From an uncultured Bacteroidales bacterium (GTDB lineage: Bacteria > Bacteroidota > Bacteroidia > Bacteroidales > UBA932), in contig CAJONI010000052.1 in assembly GCA_905235995.1 (NCBI GenBank), forward strand, positions 6,107 to 70,106: a DNA stretch of 64,000 bases. The letters are read 5' to 3'. A program made the position numbers and the translations under genes. The notes under the pieces were generated by a model. It was not told where the DNA came from and made no database searches. It worked only from the letters and a program-made list of their open reading frames with translations. Position 1 is the first letter of the stretch, and every line of letters begins with the position of its first letter. Shown here piece by piece: positions 8,500 through 18,645 of this stretch.

Positions 8500-10227
8500 A
8501 TGAAAAAGATATTGTTTGCACTTGTCGGTATCGCTTTTCTGGTCGCATCCTGCGCCGATACGGACCGTTACATTGAGCAGCTTCCCTACAGGGTAATCGT
8601 CGACTACACGCCTTCGACGTTCAATATGGACGTGCCTGGCGATCTGACCCCCGATGCACTCTATCCCTGGATCTCCTACAACGGCAACGGCTCCTTTACC
8701 GTGCGCCGCAACACTTCCGGCGTTATCCGCCGCGCCGAATTCTCCATCTCTGGCAGCAAGTACAAATGCATCATCAACCAGAAGGCCCATGGCCTGGATG
8801 CAAAGGTCAATTCTGCCATGACCAAGAAGGATGCTGACGCGCAGACGGCCGAAATGAAGGTTTCGTTCTCCACTTCCTTCGACGATGACTATGCGTCATG
8901 GGGCTATATCTTCGGCACCAACCCGGATATGGGCGCCAACAAGGATTTTGAACAGGGCAGTTTTACGCCTGGTGACAAGTCCATCGTTCTGTCCGACGTG
9001 GACCCTGAGACCAACTATTACTTCTGGTCTTACATCGTCTCCACCGAAGGTGACAAGATTTATTCTTCTGTCGTGGGTATCTCCAAGCCTGTCCTCGTGA
9101 GGAAGGGTGAGAGCCTCCAGGCAGCCATCGACGCAGCTCCGGAATTCGCAGAGGTGCGTGTCGAAGGCGGCCAGACCTACGAAGGCACCATCAAGCTCCG
9201 TGACAACGTGACCGTGAGCGGTGGCTGGGACAGCAACTTCGAGACCCAGGATATGAACAACCGTACCGTGATCGATGGTAAGGACAAGAAGCTCTGCGTG
9301 GAATCGAAGGTCGGTGCCACTAATGCCAAGATCAATGGCTTTGACATTATCCGTGGCTCCTCTTCCGGCATCGTGTTCAACGGCAATCTCACCGTGGAAT
9401 GGTGCCGCGTGGCCTTCTGCGTAAACAGCGGCCAGGGCGGCGCCATCTGCTGCACCGAGCAGAAGGGTGACAACCTGATTCTCGCGAACAGCATCATCGA
9501 GTACAACAAGGCCGACGCACACGGCGGCGGTATCGCCATCAACGGTGCCGGCACCTCCGTGAAGGTCATCAACTGCCTGTTCCGCGGCAACGCCTCCATC
9601 GCCCAGTACGGTTACACCGGCGCCATCCACGGCCAGGCCGGCGTTCAGGCCTATGTGGTGAACTCCACCTTTGTGGAGAACGTGAACTGGCGTGACGGTA
9701 GCTCCGCGACCTCTTCTCCTTGGAGCGCCGTGATGTTCCGTAACGGCGGTACTCACATCGAGTTCGTGAACAACATCGTGGCAGGCAACTGGTACTTCCT
9801 GCCGGGTGTGGCCGACAAGCCCGAAGAGCATCCCGACCGTTATGACATGCCCATCAAGCCCATGTTCCTCCTGGAGATGCAGGTCCGCGTTGCCGACTTC
9901 AACGAAATCGGTGGTTCCGATGCCAATTATATCGTCCGTAGCAACATCCTGGGCGGTGTGAATGAGAGCGAAGCCATCCACCGTGCAGGCAGTGACGCTG
10001 CCCGCGCCGCCGCGATTGCCGCTTGTACCTTCGTTCCCAACAACGAATTCCACACCCTCTTCGTGAATGCCGCCGCCGGTGACTTCCACCCGGCCGGAGC
10101 TGCGCTCACCACCGGCGAGAACACGTCCAAGACGTCTGATCTCCTTGGTTCCTACACCACCGACCTCGACGGTAATCCCCGTATCGTAGGCGGCAAGATC
10201 AACGCCGGTTGCTACCAGGCTCAGTAA
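8500..10227 (+). CDS. Surface lipoprotein: BACON/Ig-like domains plus right-handed parallel beta-helix (pectin-lyase-like fold) with choice-of-anchor-Q-like tail
   Basis: Lipobox VASC, WISY..NTSGVIRRAEF..Q (BACON-like), SLQAAIDAA helix cap, repeated GGAI/GGGI..NS.F..N rungs and terminal DLDGNPR..INAGCYQ. Confidence 0.7.
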   Translation: MKKILFALVGIAFLVASCADTDRYIEQLPYRVIVDYTPSTFNMDVPGDLTPDALYPWISYNGNGSFTVRRNTSGVIRRAEFSISGSKYKCIINQKAHGLDAKVNSAMTKKDADAQTAEMKVSFSTSFDDDYASWGYIFGTNPDMGANKDFEQGSFTPGDKSIVLSDVDPETNYYFWSYIVSTEGDKIYSSVVGISKPVLVRKGESLQAAIDAAPEFAEVRVEGGQTYEGTIKLRDNVTVSGGWDSNFETQDMNNRTVIDGKDKKLCVESKVGATNAKINGFDIIRGSSSGIVFNGNLTVEWCRVAFCVNSGQGGAICCTEQKGDNLILANSIIEYNKADAHGGGIAINGAGTSVKVINCLFRGNASIAQYGYTGAIHGQAGVQAYVVNSTFVENVNWRDGSSATSSPWSAVMFRNGGTHIEFVNNIVAGNWYFLPGVADKPEEHPDRYDMPIKPMFLLEMQVRVADFNEIGGSDANYIVRSNILGGVNESEAIHRAGSDAARAAAIAACTFVPNNEFHTLFVNAAAGDFHPAGAALTTGENTSKTSDLLGSYTTDLDGNPRIVGGKINAGCYQAQ

Positions 10228-10269
10228 ACGCTGAGATTCCCGGTCAATCCCGGAATGATTTAAAATTTT

Positions 10270-10305
10270 CAGGGCGAAGCCATTCGGCTCCGCCCTGTTT
10301 TTTTT
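10270..10305 (+). terminator. Intrinsic terminator of the susC-susD-lipoprotein operon
   Basis: CAGGGCGAAGCC-ATTC-GGCTCCGCCCTG hairpin followed by T8, between convergent genes. Confidence 0.8.
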
Positions 10306-10317
10306 ATGTCCTATGGA

Positions 10318-12498
10318 TTATCTGCTCTGGACTCTTACATACAGCACCCCATGGGGAGGGATGAGATATTCGGAGTCGGTTTCGATGTCTTTCTGGCGCC
10401 AGAGGTCGCGGGCTTTTTCGGCTTTCAGGCCGATTTTGGCAAGAGCGCCATCGAGCCTTACGGGGACTGAGACCTCGTTAAGGTTGAAGATTCCCACTGC
10501 GTACGAGCCGTCGTACAGGTCACGGCTCCAGATCTGCATCCCGTCCTCCACGACGTCCTGATGGGCCTGATGGCCCAGGGTGTCCTGGTTTACGGCGTTC
10601 ACCTCGTTGTTGCACAGAAGATTGAAGGTGAAGTCGTCGATCTGCGACAGGTCGCAGCCTATGAGCATGTTGGCGGCCAGCAGCGACCACAGGGAGATAT
10701 GGGTGTACTGTTCGTCCGGGGTCAGCCGGCTGTCGCGCAGGCTGCTGCTCCAGCCCACCTTGCCCACGATGAGCATGTCGGGATCGTTCCAATGGCCGGG
10801 GCCGGCATAGGGGTGGAGCCCAAGCTGCCGCTCAAAACCATTATCATAGAGTGACTCCCAGGAATCATTGATGTCGTGGGAGGTTCGCCAGGAATTGGCG
10901 TCGATGAAGGCTCCCCATTCCCAAACCCTGCCCCAGCCATACTGGCAAAGGGAATAGAAGATGTCCCTGGGCTGCTCCCTGAGGAACTGCTGCATTTTCA
11001 GATATGGGCGGATGAAGGCCGCCTCTGACTTGTCCCGGCCGGCCTCAAAGATCTTGTTGTAGCCGCACCAGTCGTATTTGAGGTAGTCCACTCCCCAGCT
11101 GTTCCAGACTTCGGCGTCCTGCCGTTCATGGTCGAGCGAGCCGGGATAACCGCCGCATGTGAAGTCTCCCGGGCTGGAATAGATGCCGAACTTGAGGCCG
11201 TTGGAATGGAGCCAGTCACCCAGAGCCTTCATGTCCGGGAACTTCTCATTTGCCTCGATGCGCCCGTCCGGAGTCCGCTCTTCTGCCTCCCAGGCATCGT
11301 CGATGTTGATGTAGCTGTAGCCGTAGTCGGCCAGCCCGCGGTTGATCATGGCTGCGGCTGACGCCATCACCTTCTCCTGGCTCACGCTCAGGGCCCAGCA
11401 GTTCCAGCTGTTCCAGCCCATGGGCGGAGTGAGACCTATCTGTTCGCCTACCTTCAGGGTGAAGCAGGCCTTTGCGCTACCCTTGTCGTTGGTCGCGGTG
11501 AACACCAGCGGGTAGTCGCCCGCCTGGGAGCAGCTGCCGCTCAGGACGCCCTTTTCGGGGTCGAGCACAACTCCTTCCGGAAGGCCCTCCACGGCGTATT
11601 TCATGGGCTTGTCGCCCGAGAAGGCAAGGCGGAAGATCACCGGTGAACCGGGACGCACTCCGAATACCAGGGGGCCGTTGTAACGCGGTTCAGCAGGTGC
11701 GGGAGGCGTAAGGATATAGGGTGCGCAGACCTCTGCCTCCAGGATTTCATCAAACCGGGGATCGGTATAAGTAAGTTTCAGGCGCTTCTGCGGAGCCAGC
11801 GGGTAGAGAAGCTGCTTCTCCTTCCATGCTCCTACGGTGACTTTCTGCTTTCTGGACACCTCCGGAGTACCGGTCATAACGTCCGTAATGCTTATGTCCA
11901 GTGTGCCGGAGGTCTTCACGGACGAGGCCAGGACTGCCTTGTAGCCGCCCTGATCCGCCACCAGGGAGAGTTTCGCGAAATCTTTCAGGCTGGGCTTGAC
12001 CAGATTGAAGGCGCCCCGGTAGAATCCTCCAGGATCGCCGAAGTTGTACACACGCACGGCGATCACGTTGTCCTGGTCCCAGCGCACCCATCTGGGGTCA
12101 ACGATGTAGTAGCGCCGTTTCCCATATTCGCTGGAATATCCGCCCGGATCTTCCGGGAAGGTCCCGGTCTTTCCCACAGGGTGGCCGTTGATCCAGGTCT
12201 GGTCGGAATCGTCGATTGCCCCCATGTCCAGCATGATGGCTTCCACGACGCCTTTTTTGAGCGAAGAAGGAATCACGACATGGATGCGGTACCAGCCGAT
12301 GCCGTTCACTCGCTCCAGTCCCAGCGTTTCCCAGGCCTGGTCGAAGGAAACCTCCAGCCACGAGCTGTCATCAAAACCATACTCACTCCATGCGGGGTCG
12401 TCCCCCTTCTGGAAACGTCCGCCCCCTACGGTTGCGACCTGGGCTGCCAACGAAAGGGAAACCAACAATAAGGATAAGAGAATCAAAGCTTTATTCAT
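10318..12498 (-). CDS. GH27 alpha-galactosidase-family enzyme with N-terminal beta-sandwich and Ig-like domains (copy 1)
   Basis: TPPMGWNSWN, INIDDAW, YLKYDWC (nucleophile), SWRTSHDI (acid/base), WNDPDML and a signal peptide. Confidence 0.9.
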   Translation of the reverse strand: MNKALILLSLLLVSLSLAAQVATVGGGRFQKGDDPAWSEYGFDDSSWLEVSFDQAWETLGLERVNGIGWYRIHVVIPSSLKKGVVEAIMLDMGAIDDSDQTWINGHPVGKTGTFPEDPGGYSSEYGKRRYYIVDPRWVRWDQDNVIAVRVYNFGDPGGFYRGAFNLVKPSLKDFAKLSLVADQGGYKAVLASSVKTSGTLDISITDVMTGTPEVSRKQKVTVGAWKEKQLLYPLAPQKRLKLTYTDPRFDEILEAEVCAPYILTPPAPAEPRYNGPLVFGVRPGSPVIFRLAFSGDKPMKYAVEGLPEGVVLDPEKGVLSGSCSQAGDYPLVFTATNDKGSAKACFTLKVGEQIGLTPPMGWNSWNCWALSVSQEKVMASAAAMINRGLADYGYSYINIDDAWEAEERTPDGRIEANEKFPDMKALGDWLHSNGLKFGIYSSPGDFTCGGYPGSLDHERQDAEVWNSWGVDYLKYDWCGYNKIFEAGRDKSEAAFIRPYLKMQQFLREQPRDIFYSLCQYGWGRVWEWGAFIDANSWRTSHDINDSWESLYDNGFERQLGLHPYAGPGHWNDPDMLIVGKVGWSSSLRDSRLTPDEQYTHISLWSLLAANMLIGCDLSQIDDFTFNLLCNNEVNAVNQDTLGHQAHQDVVEDGMQIWSRDLYDGSYAVGIFNLNEVSVPVRLDGALAKIGLKAEKARDLWRQKDIETDSEYLIPPHGVLYVRVQSR

Positions 12499-12527
12499 AA
12501 GGATGTTCTATAAGGGATACAATTTTA

Positions 12528-12535
12528 CAAATATA
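12528..12535 (-). promoter_or_regulatory. -7 promoter box (TATATTTG) for GH27 copy 1
   Basis: Exact TAnnTTTG match in an AT-rich divergent gap, 29 nt upstream of the ATG. Confidence 0.5.
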
Positions 12536-12656
12536 CTCATTCTTTCTCTTAATCATTACTCGTTACGGCGCTTGACGTTCTTGGAAAAAATAATTATTTT
12601 TAACAAAAAAATGGGCCCCCGTAGCCCTCATGGAGACTGAATCATTTGCGACTGTC

Positions 12657-15600
12657 ATGAAAAAGTGCTCTCTTTTTGTTCTGTTGGGAATGCTGGTGAT
12701 GCTGGCCGGCTGCCAGAAAGGGCCCTGGAAGGGGCTGGAGAAAGGTTTTGTCGCACCGCCTGATTCGGTGCGGGTGGCCGCGTACTGGTACTGGCTCGAC
12801 AATCATATCTCAAAGGAAGGTGTAGTCAAGGATCTTGAGGCCATGAAACGCGTGGGGATCACCCGCGCATTTATCGGCAACCAGGGCGTTGACGAATGCG
12901 ACGGCCCGGTGAAGCTCTTCTCCGACGAATGGTGGGACATCACCCGTCAGGCCATGAAGACGGCAGGGGAGCTCGGGATCGAGATAGGCATGTTCAACTG
13001 TCCCGGCTGGAGCCAGTCCGGCGGACCGTGGATCACCCCGGAGCAGAGCATGAAATATGTGGAAGGCCATTTCCAGGAAGTGGAGGGCAACGGCGCCGAG
13101 CAGCTCATAGAACTTCCTGACTTCGCACCCGGAAGCCTTATTGCCGTCCAGGCATACCCTACGGTGAAAGGTTCTTCCGTCAGCCGCACGCTCAAGACAC
13201 GCAGCGGCATTCCTTCTGCCATCAGGATAAACGTCCCCTTCACCGTACGTTCGCTCGTGATCGAGAGCGACGGTGAGCAGTGGACCCCCGTGACCCTCAC
13301 TCAGGGCGGGAAGGAGCTTCTCTCGTTTACCTACGACCGTCACAATCTCGGCCTTAACGTAGGCTTCAAGCCCCTCGCACCCTGGGTGGAAGCCCTGCAC
13401 GAGACCCCGGCCGGAGAGTACACCCTGCGCTTCGAGGAGCCTTCCGACGGCACGATAACCGTCACTTTCTCAGAGATTGCCTACATGCCGCGCTACGCGG
13501 AGAAATCCCTGGCCAAGATGTACCAGGAGCCCCTGCCCATGTGGGATGCCTACATGTGGGACACGCCGCAGTATGTAAACTTCCGCTATATGGTGGACCT
13601 TATCTTCCTGCAGGACCTGACCGGCAGGGTGAAGGACGGGAAGCTGTCCTGGAAGGTGCCCGACGGCAAATGGACCATTCTGACGAGCTACATGCAGAGC
13701 ACCGGCGTGACCAACGGCCCGGCGGTGCCTGAAGGCACGGGCCTGGAGGTCGACAAGATGAGCCGCAAACACATCGCCCGGCACTACGACGCCTTCGTAG
13801 GCGAGCTGCTGCGCCGCATCCCGCCCGAGGACCGCAAGACCTGGAAGGTGGTGGTGGAGGACAGCTACGAGACCGGCGGCCAGAACTGGACCGACGACAT
13901 GGTGGAAGTATTCAGGAAGACCTACGGTTACGATCCCGTCCAGTATCTTCCCGTTCTTCAGGGCAGGGCGGTGAGCACCATGGAGGAGAGCGAGCGCTTC
14001 CTCTGGGACGTCAGGCGCCTGGTGGCCGACCGCGTGGCTTACGACTACGTCGGTGGCCTGCGCCAGAAGGCCAATGCCGACGGCCTGGAGACCTGGCTGG
14101 AATGCTACGGCCACTGGGGCTTCCCCGGCGAGTTCCTGCTCTACGGCGGCCAGAGCGACCAGATCGCGGGCGAGTTCTGGAGTGAGGGCAGCCTTGGCGA
14201 CATAGAGAACCGCGCCGCGTCTTCCTGCGGCCATATCTACGGCAAGAACCGTATCTGGGCTGAGTCGTGCACCGCGGGCGGCCCGCCGTACAGCCGTTAT
14301 CCGCGCCTTATGAAGCAGCGCGTGGACCGTTTCTTCTCGGAAGGCATCAATGCCACCCTGCTGCACCTGTACATCCAGCAGCCCGACGACCGCAAGCCCG
14401 GCCGCGCCGCATGGTTCGGCAACGAGTTCAACCGCAACAATGCATGGTTCGACGGCATGAAGCCCTTCATCGACTACCTTCGCCGCTGCAACTTCATGCT
14501 GCAGCAGGGACGCTATGTGGCCGACGTGGCGTATTTCATCGGCGAGGACGTTCCCAAGATGACGGGCGTCTGCGACCCGCCGCTGCCCAAGGGCTACAGT
14601 TTCGACTACATAAATGCCGATGTGCTGCGCAATCATGCCAGGGTGCGTGATGGCCGTCTGGTGCTCGACAGCGGCATGGAATACCGCCTGCTGGTGCTGC
14701 CGCGCCAGGATTCGATGCGTCCCGAGGTGCTGGAGGTGATCGCCGGCTTCGTGAAGGAGGGCCTTTCCATCATAGGCCCGGCCCCGGTGCGTTCGCCCAG
14801 CAAGCAGCACGACATATTCACTTCCGACGAGAAGGTGAAGGATCTTGCCGAAAAGATATGGAACGGCAGTGGCAAGGGTCTGGCTTATCCCGACGGCACT
14901 CCTTTGGAACAGGCCTTCGACGACCTGGGTGTGGAGCCTGATTTCTCCTACGATGGAGAAGCCGACATCCTCTTCATCCACAGGACTCTCGGAGCCGACG
15001 GCGACATCTTTTTCGTGTCGAACCAGGAGGATTCACTGATTACGCTCGTCCCGCATTTCCGGGTCGATCCGCGCATGCAGGCGGAGCTTTGGGATCCTGT
15101 GTCCGGAACGCGTCGTGCCTGGGCAGGGGAGTCGTTCGAGATGGCTCCGCTCCAGAGTTTCTTCGTGATATTCAGGGCGAAGGCTACGGCGCCTGCGCAG
15201 GCTGTCCTGCAGGAGTCTCTCACGCTTGACGGCCCCTGGGCGGTGGAGTTCGCCGAGTCGGCGGGCAATCCGGCCTTCACCCGCAGTTTCGACTCGCTGG
15301 CCGACTGGAGCCTGAGCGACGACCCTGAGGTGAAATACTATTCCGGGGCTGCGACCTACCGCAAGGAGTTCACGATGCCGGCGTTATCGCAGGCGGTGCT
15401 CGACCTGGGAGAGGCGATGGTGCTTGCCACGGTGAGGGTGAACGGGCATGAGGTCGGCGGTGCATGGACTTTCCCGTACGGCATGGAAATAGGCAAGTGG
15501 CTCAGGGAAGGGGAGAACGTGCTTGAGGTCACGGTCTACAACAACTGGCAGAACCGTCTGATCGGCGACGAGGGTCTCCCGGCCTCCGACCGCAGGACCT

Positions 15601-15683
15601 GGACCAACCACCAGCCCTTCTCCGCCGACGCACCCCTGCAACCCTCCGGCCTCCTCGGCCCCGTCTCCATCTCCTACCGCTAA
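12657..15683 (+). CDS. GH106 alpha-L-rhamnosidase-family lipoprotein
   Basis: YWYW..ISKEGVVKDLEAMK, GWSQSGGPWITPE, GLEVDKM, DSYE, GEFW, AESCT and terminal PSGLLGPV. Lipobox LAGC. Confidence 0.85.
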   Translation: MKKCSLFVLLGMLVMLAGCQKGPWKGLEKGFVAPPDSVRVAAYWYWLDNHISKEGVVKDLEAMKRVGITRAFIGNQGVDECDGPVKLFSDEWWDITRQAMKTAGELGIEIGMFNCPGWSQSGGPWITPEQSMKYVEGHFQEVEGNGAEQLIELPDFAPGSLIAVQAYPTVKGSSVSRTLKTRSGIPSAIRINVPFTVRSLVIESDGEQWTPVTLTQGGKELLSFTYDRHNLGLNVGFKPLAPWVEALHETPAGEYTLRFEEPSDGTITVTFSEIAYMPRYAEKSLAKMYQEPLPMWDAYMWDTPQYVNFRYMVDLIFLQDLTGRVKDGKLSWKVPDGKWTILTSYMQSTGVTNGPAVPEGTGLEVDKMSRKHIARHYDAFVGELLRRIPPEDRKTWKVVVEDSYETGGQNWTDDMVEVFRKTYGYDPVQYLPVLQGRAVSTMEESERFLWDVRRLVADRVAYDYVGGLRQKANADGLETWLECYGHWGFPGEFLLYGGQSDQIAGEFWSEGSLGDIENRAASSCGHIYGKNRIWAESCTAGGPPYSRYPRLMKQRVDRFFSEGINATLLHLYIQQPDDRKPGRAAWFGNEFNRNNAWFDGMKPFIDYLRRCNFMLQQGRYVADVAYFIGEDVPKMTGVCDPPLPKGYSFDYINADVLRNHARVRDGRLVLDSGMEYRLLVLPRQDSMRPEVLEVIAGFVKEGLSIIGPAPVRSPSKQHDIFTSDEKVKDLAEKIWNGSGKGLAYPDGTPLEQAFDDLGVEPDFSYDGEADILFIHRTLGADGDIFFVSNQEDSLITLVPHFRVDPRMQAELWDPVSGTRRAWAGESFEMAPLQSFFVIFRAKATAPAQAVLQESLTLDGPWAVEFAESAGNPAFTRSFDSLADWSLSDDPEVKYYSGAATYRKEFTMPALSQAVLDLGEAMVLATVRVNGHEVGGAWTFPYGMEIGKWLREGENVLEVTVYNNWQNRLIGDEGLPASDRRTWTNHQPFSADAPLQPSGLLGPVSISYR

Positions 15684-15690
15684 TCCACGC

Positions 15691-15779
15691 CTGCTGGCTT
15701 CGCGGCTCTGGCTTTTGTCCCGCTCGCAGAAAAAATGCTCGCGGCTCCAAAAGCCACCCGCGCCTTGGCGCAAGCGCAG
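15691..15779. repeat. Long imperfect palindrome (REP-like element or RNA hairpin)
   Basis: Nested complementary blocks CTGC/GCAG, GCTT/AAGC, CGCGG/CCGCG, TGGCTTTTG/CAAAAGCCA, CCGC/GCGG and GCA/TGC around a GAAAAAA loop. Confidence 0.55.
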
Positions 15780-15834
15780 CTATTTTGGATGATTTTTCGG
15801 GGAGGATTGGGGATTTTTTTGTAAATTTAAGGTC

Positions 15835-18642
15835 ATGAAAAAATCTCTGCTTCTCCTCGCAATTTTATGCCTGGCTGCCCTGAGCGGATGCCAGAAGAGC
15901 ACGCCCGTCAGCCCCATAGATCAAGTACATGTTTTCAATGGCACCGGCTTCCACGGCCATACCTATCCCGGCGCCACGACCCCCTATGGCCTCGTCCAGC
16001 TCAGCCCCGATACCCGGACCTACGGCTGGGACGGAAGCTCCGGCTACCACTACAGCGACAGCGCCATCCTGGGCTTCAGCCATACCCACCTCTCCGGTAC
16101 CGGCTGCGCCGACCTCGGCGACTTCCTCGTGACCCCCGGACTGGGCACAGTCGAGCCACTGCAATTCAGCCATGACGACGAATACGCCCGTCCCGGCTAC
16201 TATAAGGTGGATTTCCCCGCCGGCATCACAGCCGAACTCACCGCCGCACCCCATACCGGCGTCCACCGCTATACCTTCAGCGGTGAAGGCCCCCGCAGGA
16301 TACTTGTCGACGCCCTCCACGGCATAGGCGACGAAACCCACGCCACCCAGGCCAGCCTCCAGGCAGTGGCCCACGACGAGATCAAGGGCCACCGCAGGGT
16401 GGACGGATGGATCAGGGACAGGGACATCTACCTCTCAGCGAAATTCTCAGTGCCCTTCCTCGACGCCGTCCAGCCAGTTCCGGGCAAACTCCTGCTCAGC
16501 TTCGCCGACGACGTGAGAGAAATCACCATCTACGCCGGCATCTCCTATACCGGAGCGGAGGCCGCCAAGGGCAACCGCGTCGTGGAGACCCGGGGCCGCA
16601 GCTTCGACGAAGTCTGCGCCATCACCACCGACGACTGGAGCAGCTCCCTCGGCAGCATTGTCGTGGAAGGCGGCCCCACGGAGCAGTTCTACACCTGCTT
16701 CTACCATACCCTCGTGTGCCCCAACAACATAGCCGACACAGGCCAGCCCCCGTACTATTCCACGCTCTCCCTTTGGGACACTTTCCGCAGCTGGAACCCA
16801 CTCCAGACCATCATCAATCCCGGCCTCGTGGGCGACATGGCCTCCAGCATGCTCAAGATGTACCACGACTGGGGCGAACTTCCCATCTGGCCGCTGGCAT
16901 ATGGCGAGACAGGATGCATGATAGGATACCACAGCGTCAGCGTACTGGCCGACGCCTGGCTCCGCGGCATACGCAGCTTCGACGGCAAGGATGCCCTGAC
17001 GGCGATGGTCGCGTCGTCGAACAAGAACAAGCAGCCCGCTTCCGAACTCTATGTGAAATATGGCTATATACCCGCCGACCGCATGGCCCAGTCGGTGTCG
17101 CAGACCCTCGAGTTCGCCTATGACGACTGGTGCATAGCCCGCATGGCAGAGAGCCTGGGCCTCAATGATATAGCAGCGGAATACGACCGCCGGGCCCAGA
17201 GCTGGCGCAACGTGTTCGATCCCGCCACCGGCTTCATGCGCGGCCACCGCAGCGACGGCTCATGGATGACTCCATTCGACCCGATAGGCAGTACACGCGA
17301 ATATACCGAAGCCATCCCCTGGCAGTCCCGCTTCTTTGTGCCGCACGACCCTGCAGGACACGCCGAAATGATGGGCGGCCGCGACGCCATGCTCGCCGCC
17401 CTCGACTCGCTCTTCACTTTCGAAGACCGCAGTGCCGAGGTGAGGGTGTCCGACATCACCGGTCTCAAGGGCCAGTATGCCCACGGCAATGAGCCCAGCC
17501 ACCATATGGCCTGGCTCTACAACTGGTACGGCAAGCCCTCGATGAGCCAGAAGGTGGTCCGCGAACTGCTCGGTGAGATGTACGACATCACTCCTGAAGG
17601 CGTGTGCGGCAACGAGGACTGCGGCCAGATGAGCGCCTGGTATGTGCTCGCGTCGCTGGGCATCTATCCCGCATGCCCGGGGACGGGAGAATATGTCCTG
17701 GCCGCGCCTTTGTTCAGGAAAGCCGCCATAGCCCTCGGCAACGGCAACGCCCTTACGATCACGGCAGACCACCCGGGCCGCCCGTATGTCTCCGACGTGA
17801 AGCTCAACGGCAGGACGCTGCCCTGCAACTATATCACCTACGACGAGATAATGGCCGGGGGCAAGCTTGAGTTCTCCCTCTCCTCGAAGCCGGTGAAATC
17901 GCGTGAGGACCTGCCCGCCCCGTATTCGATGAGCACGCATTCCATGGTCTCGACTCCCGCGGTCCTGGGCGACATCGACCTCTTCCGCGACAGGACCGAA
18001 ATCACGCTGGCTACCCGCACCGAAGGCGCCGCCATCCACTATACCCTCGACGGCAGCGAACCCACGCAGCAGAGCCCGGTTTACACCGGACCCTTCACCC
18101 TCGAAGAGACCACCCGCATCCGCGCCCGCGCCTGGAAGGAAGGCTGCGAAGCTTCGCCGGAGGCCTCCATCCCCGTGGTCAAGGCCTTCTTCCAGCCCGC
18201 CGACGATGTGACGGGGCTGGGACACGGCTGCAGCTATACATATCACCGGGGTGTCTTCACATGTACTGCAGACGTGCTGGCGAGCCCGGTCGTGTCCCGA
18301 GGCACCTTGCCAATGCCCTCGATCGACCAGGCCCCGGATGAAGACCACTTCGGCTACGTGTTCACGGGCTGGATAGACGTTCCGGAAGACGGCATCTGGA
18401 GCTTCGCCCTCATGAGCGACGACGGCTCCGTGCTCGACATCGACGGGGTGAGGGTGGTCGACAACGACGGTTCCCACTCCGCAATCGTGGCGACGGGCCG
18501 CATCCCCCTGCTGAAAGGCCTGCACCCCTACAGGCTAGTCTATCTCGAAGACTATGAGGGCAATTCGCTCCGCTGGGCCTGGAAAGCCGAGGGAGAAGCC
18601 CGCTTCAAACCCATCGACGTTGATTATCTGTATCGCAAATAG
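15835..18642 (+). CDS. GH92 alpha-mannosidase with CHB_HEX_C/Fn3-like and PA14 domains
   Basis: GHTYPGA, QLSPDT, FSHTHLSGTG, SLWDTFR, YTEA, HGNEPSHH and GNEDCGQMSAWY. IHYTLDGSEP module, then DHFGYVF..SDDGS. Confidence 0.92.
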   Translation: MKKSLLLLAILCLAALSGCQKSTPVSPIDQVHVFNGTGFHGHTYPGATTPYGLVQLSPDTRTYGWDGSSGYHYSDSAILGFSHTHLSGTGCADLGDFLVTPGLGTVEPLQFSHDDEYARPGYYKVDFPAGITAELTAAPHTGVHRYTFSGEGPRRILVDALHGIGDETHATQASLQAVAHDEIKGHRRVDGWIRDRDIYLSAKFSVPFLDAVQPVPGKLLLSFADDVREITIYAGISYTGAEAAKGNRVVETRGRSFDEVCAITTDDWSSSLGSIVVEGGPTEQFYTCFYHTLVCPNNIADTGQPPYYSTLSLWDTFRSWNPLQTIINPGLVGDMASSMLKMYHDWGELPIWPLAYGETGCMIGYHSVSVLADAWLRGIRSFDGKDALTAMVASSNKNKQPASELYVKYGYIPADRMAQSVSQTLEFAYDDWCIARMAESLGLNDIAAEYDRRAQSWRNVFDPATGFMRGHRSDGSWMTPFDPIGSTREYTEAIPWQSRFFVPHDPAGHAEMMGGRDAMLAALDSLFTFEDRSAEVRVSDITGLKGQYAHGNEPSHHMAWLYNWYGKPSMSQKVVRELLGEMYDITPEGVCGNEDCGQMSAWYVLASLGIYPACPGTGEYVLAAPLFRKAAIALGNGNALTITADHPGRPYVSDVKLNGRTLPCNYITYDEIMAGGKLEFSLSSKPVKSREDLPAPYSMSTHSMVSTPAVLGDIDLFRDRTEITLATRTEGAAIHYTLDGSEPTQQSPVYTGPFTLEETTRIRARAWKEGCEASPEASIPVVKAFFQPADDVTGLGHGCSYTYHRGVFTCTADVLASPVVSRGTLPMPSIDQAPDEDHFGYVFTGWIDVPEDGIWSFALMSDDGSVLDIDGVRVVDNDGSHSAIVATGRIPLLKGLHPYRLVYLEDYEGNSLRWAWKAEGEARFKPIDVDYLYRK

Positions 18643-18645
18643 ATC

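Noticed and set aside
10220..10258. Small hairpins CTCAG/CTGAG and ATTCC..GGAAT after the beta-helix gene
   Set aside because: Possibly a degenerate REP, but short, imperfect and single-copy in the window, so not supportable.
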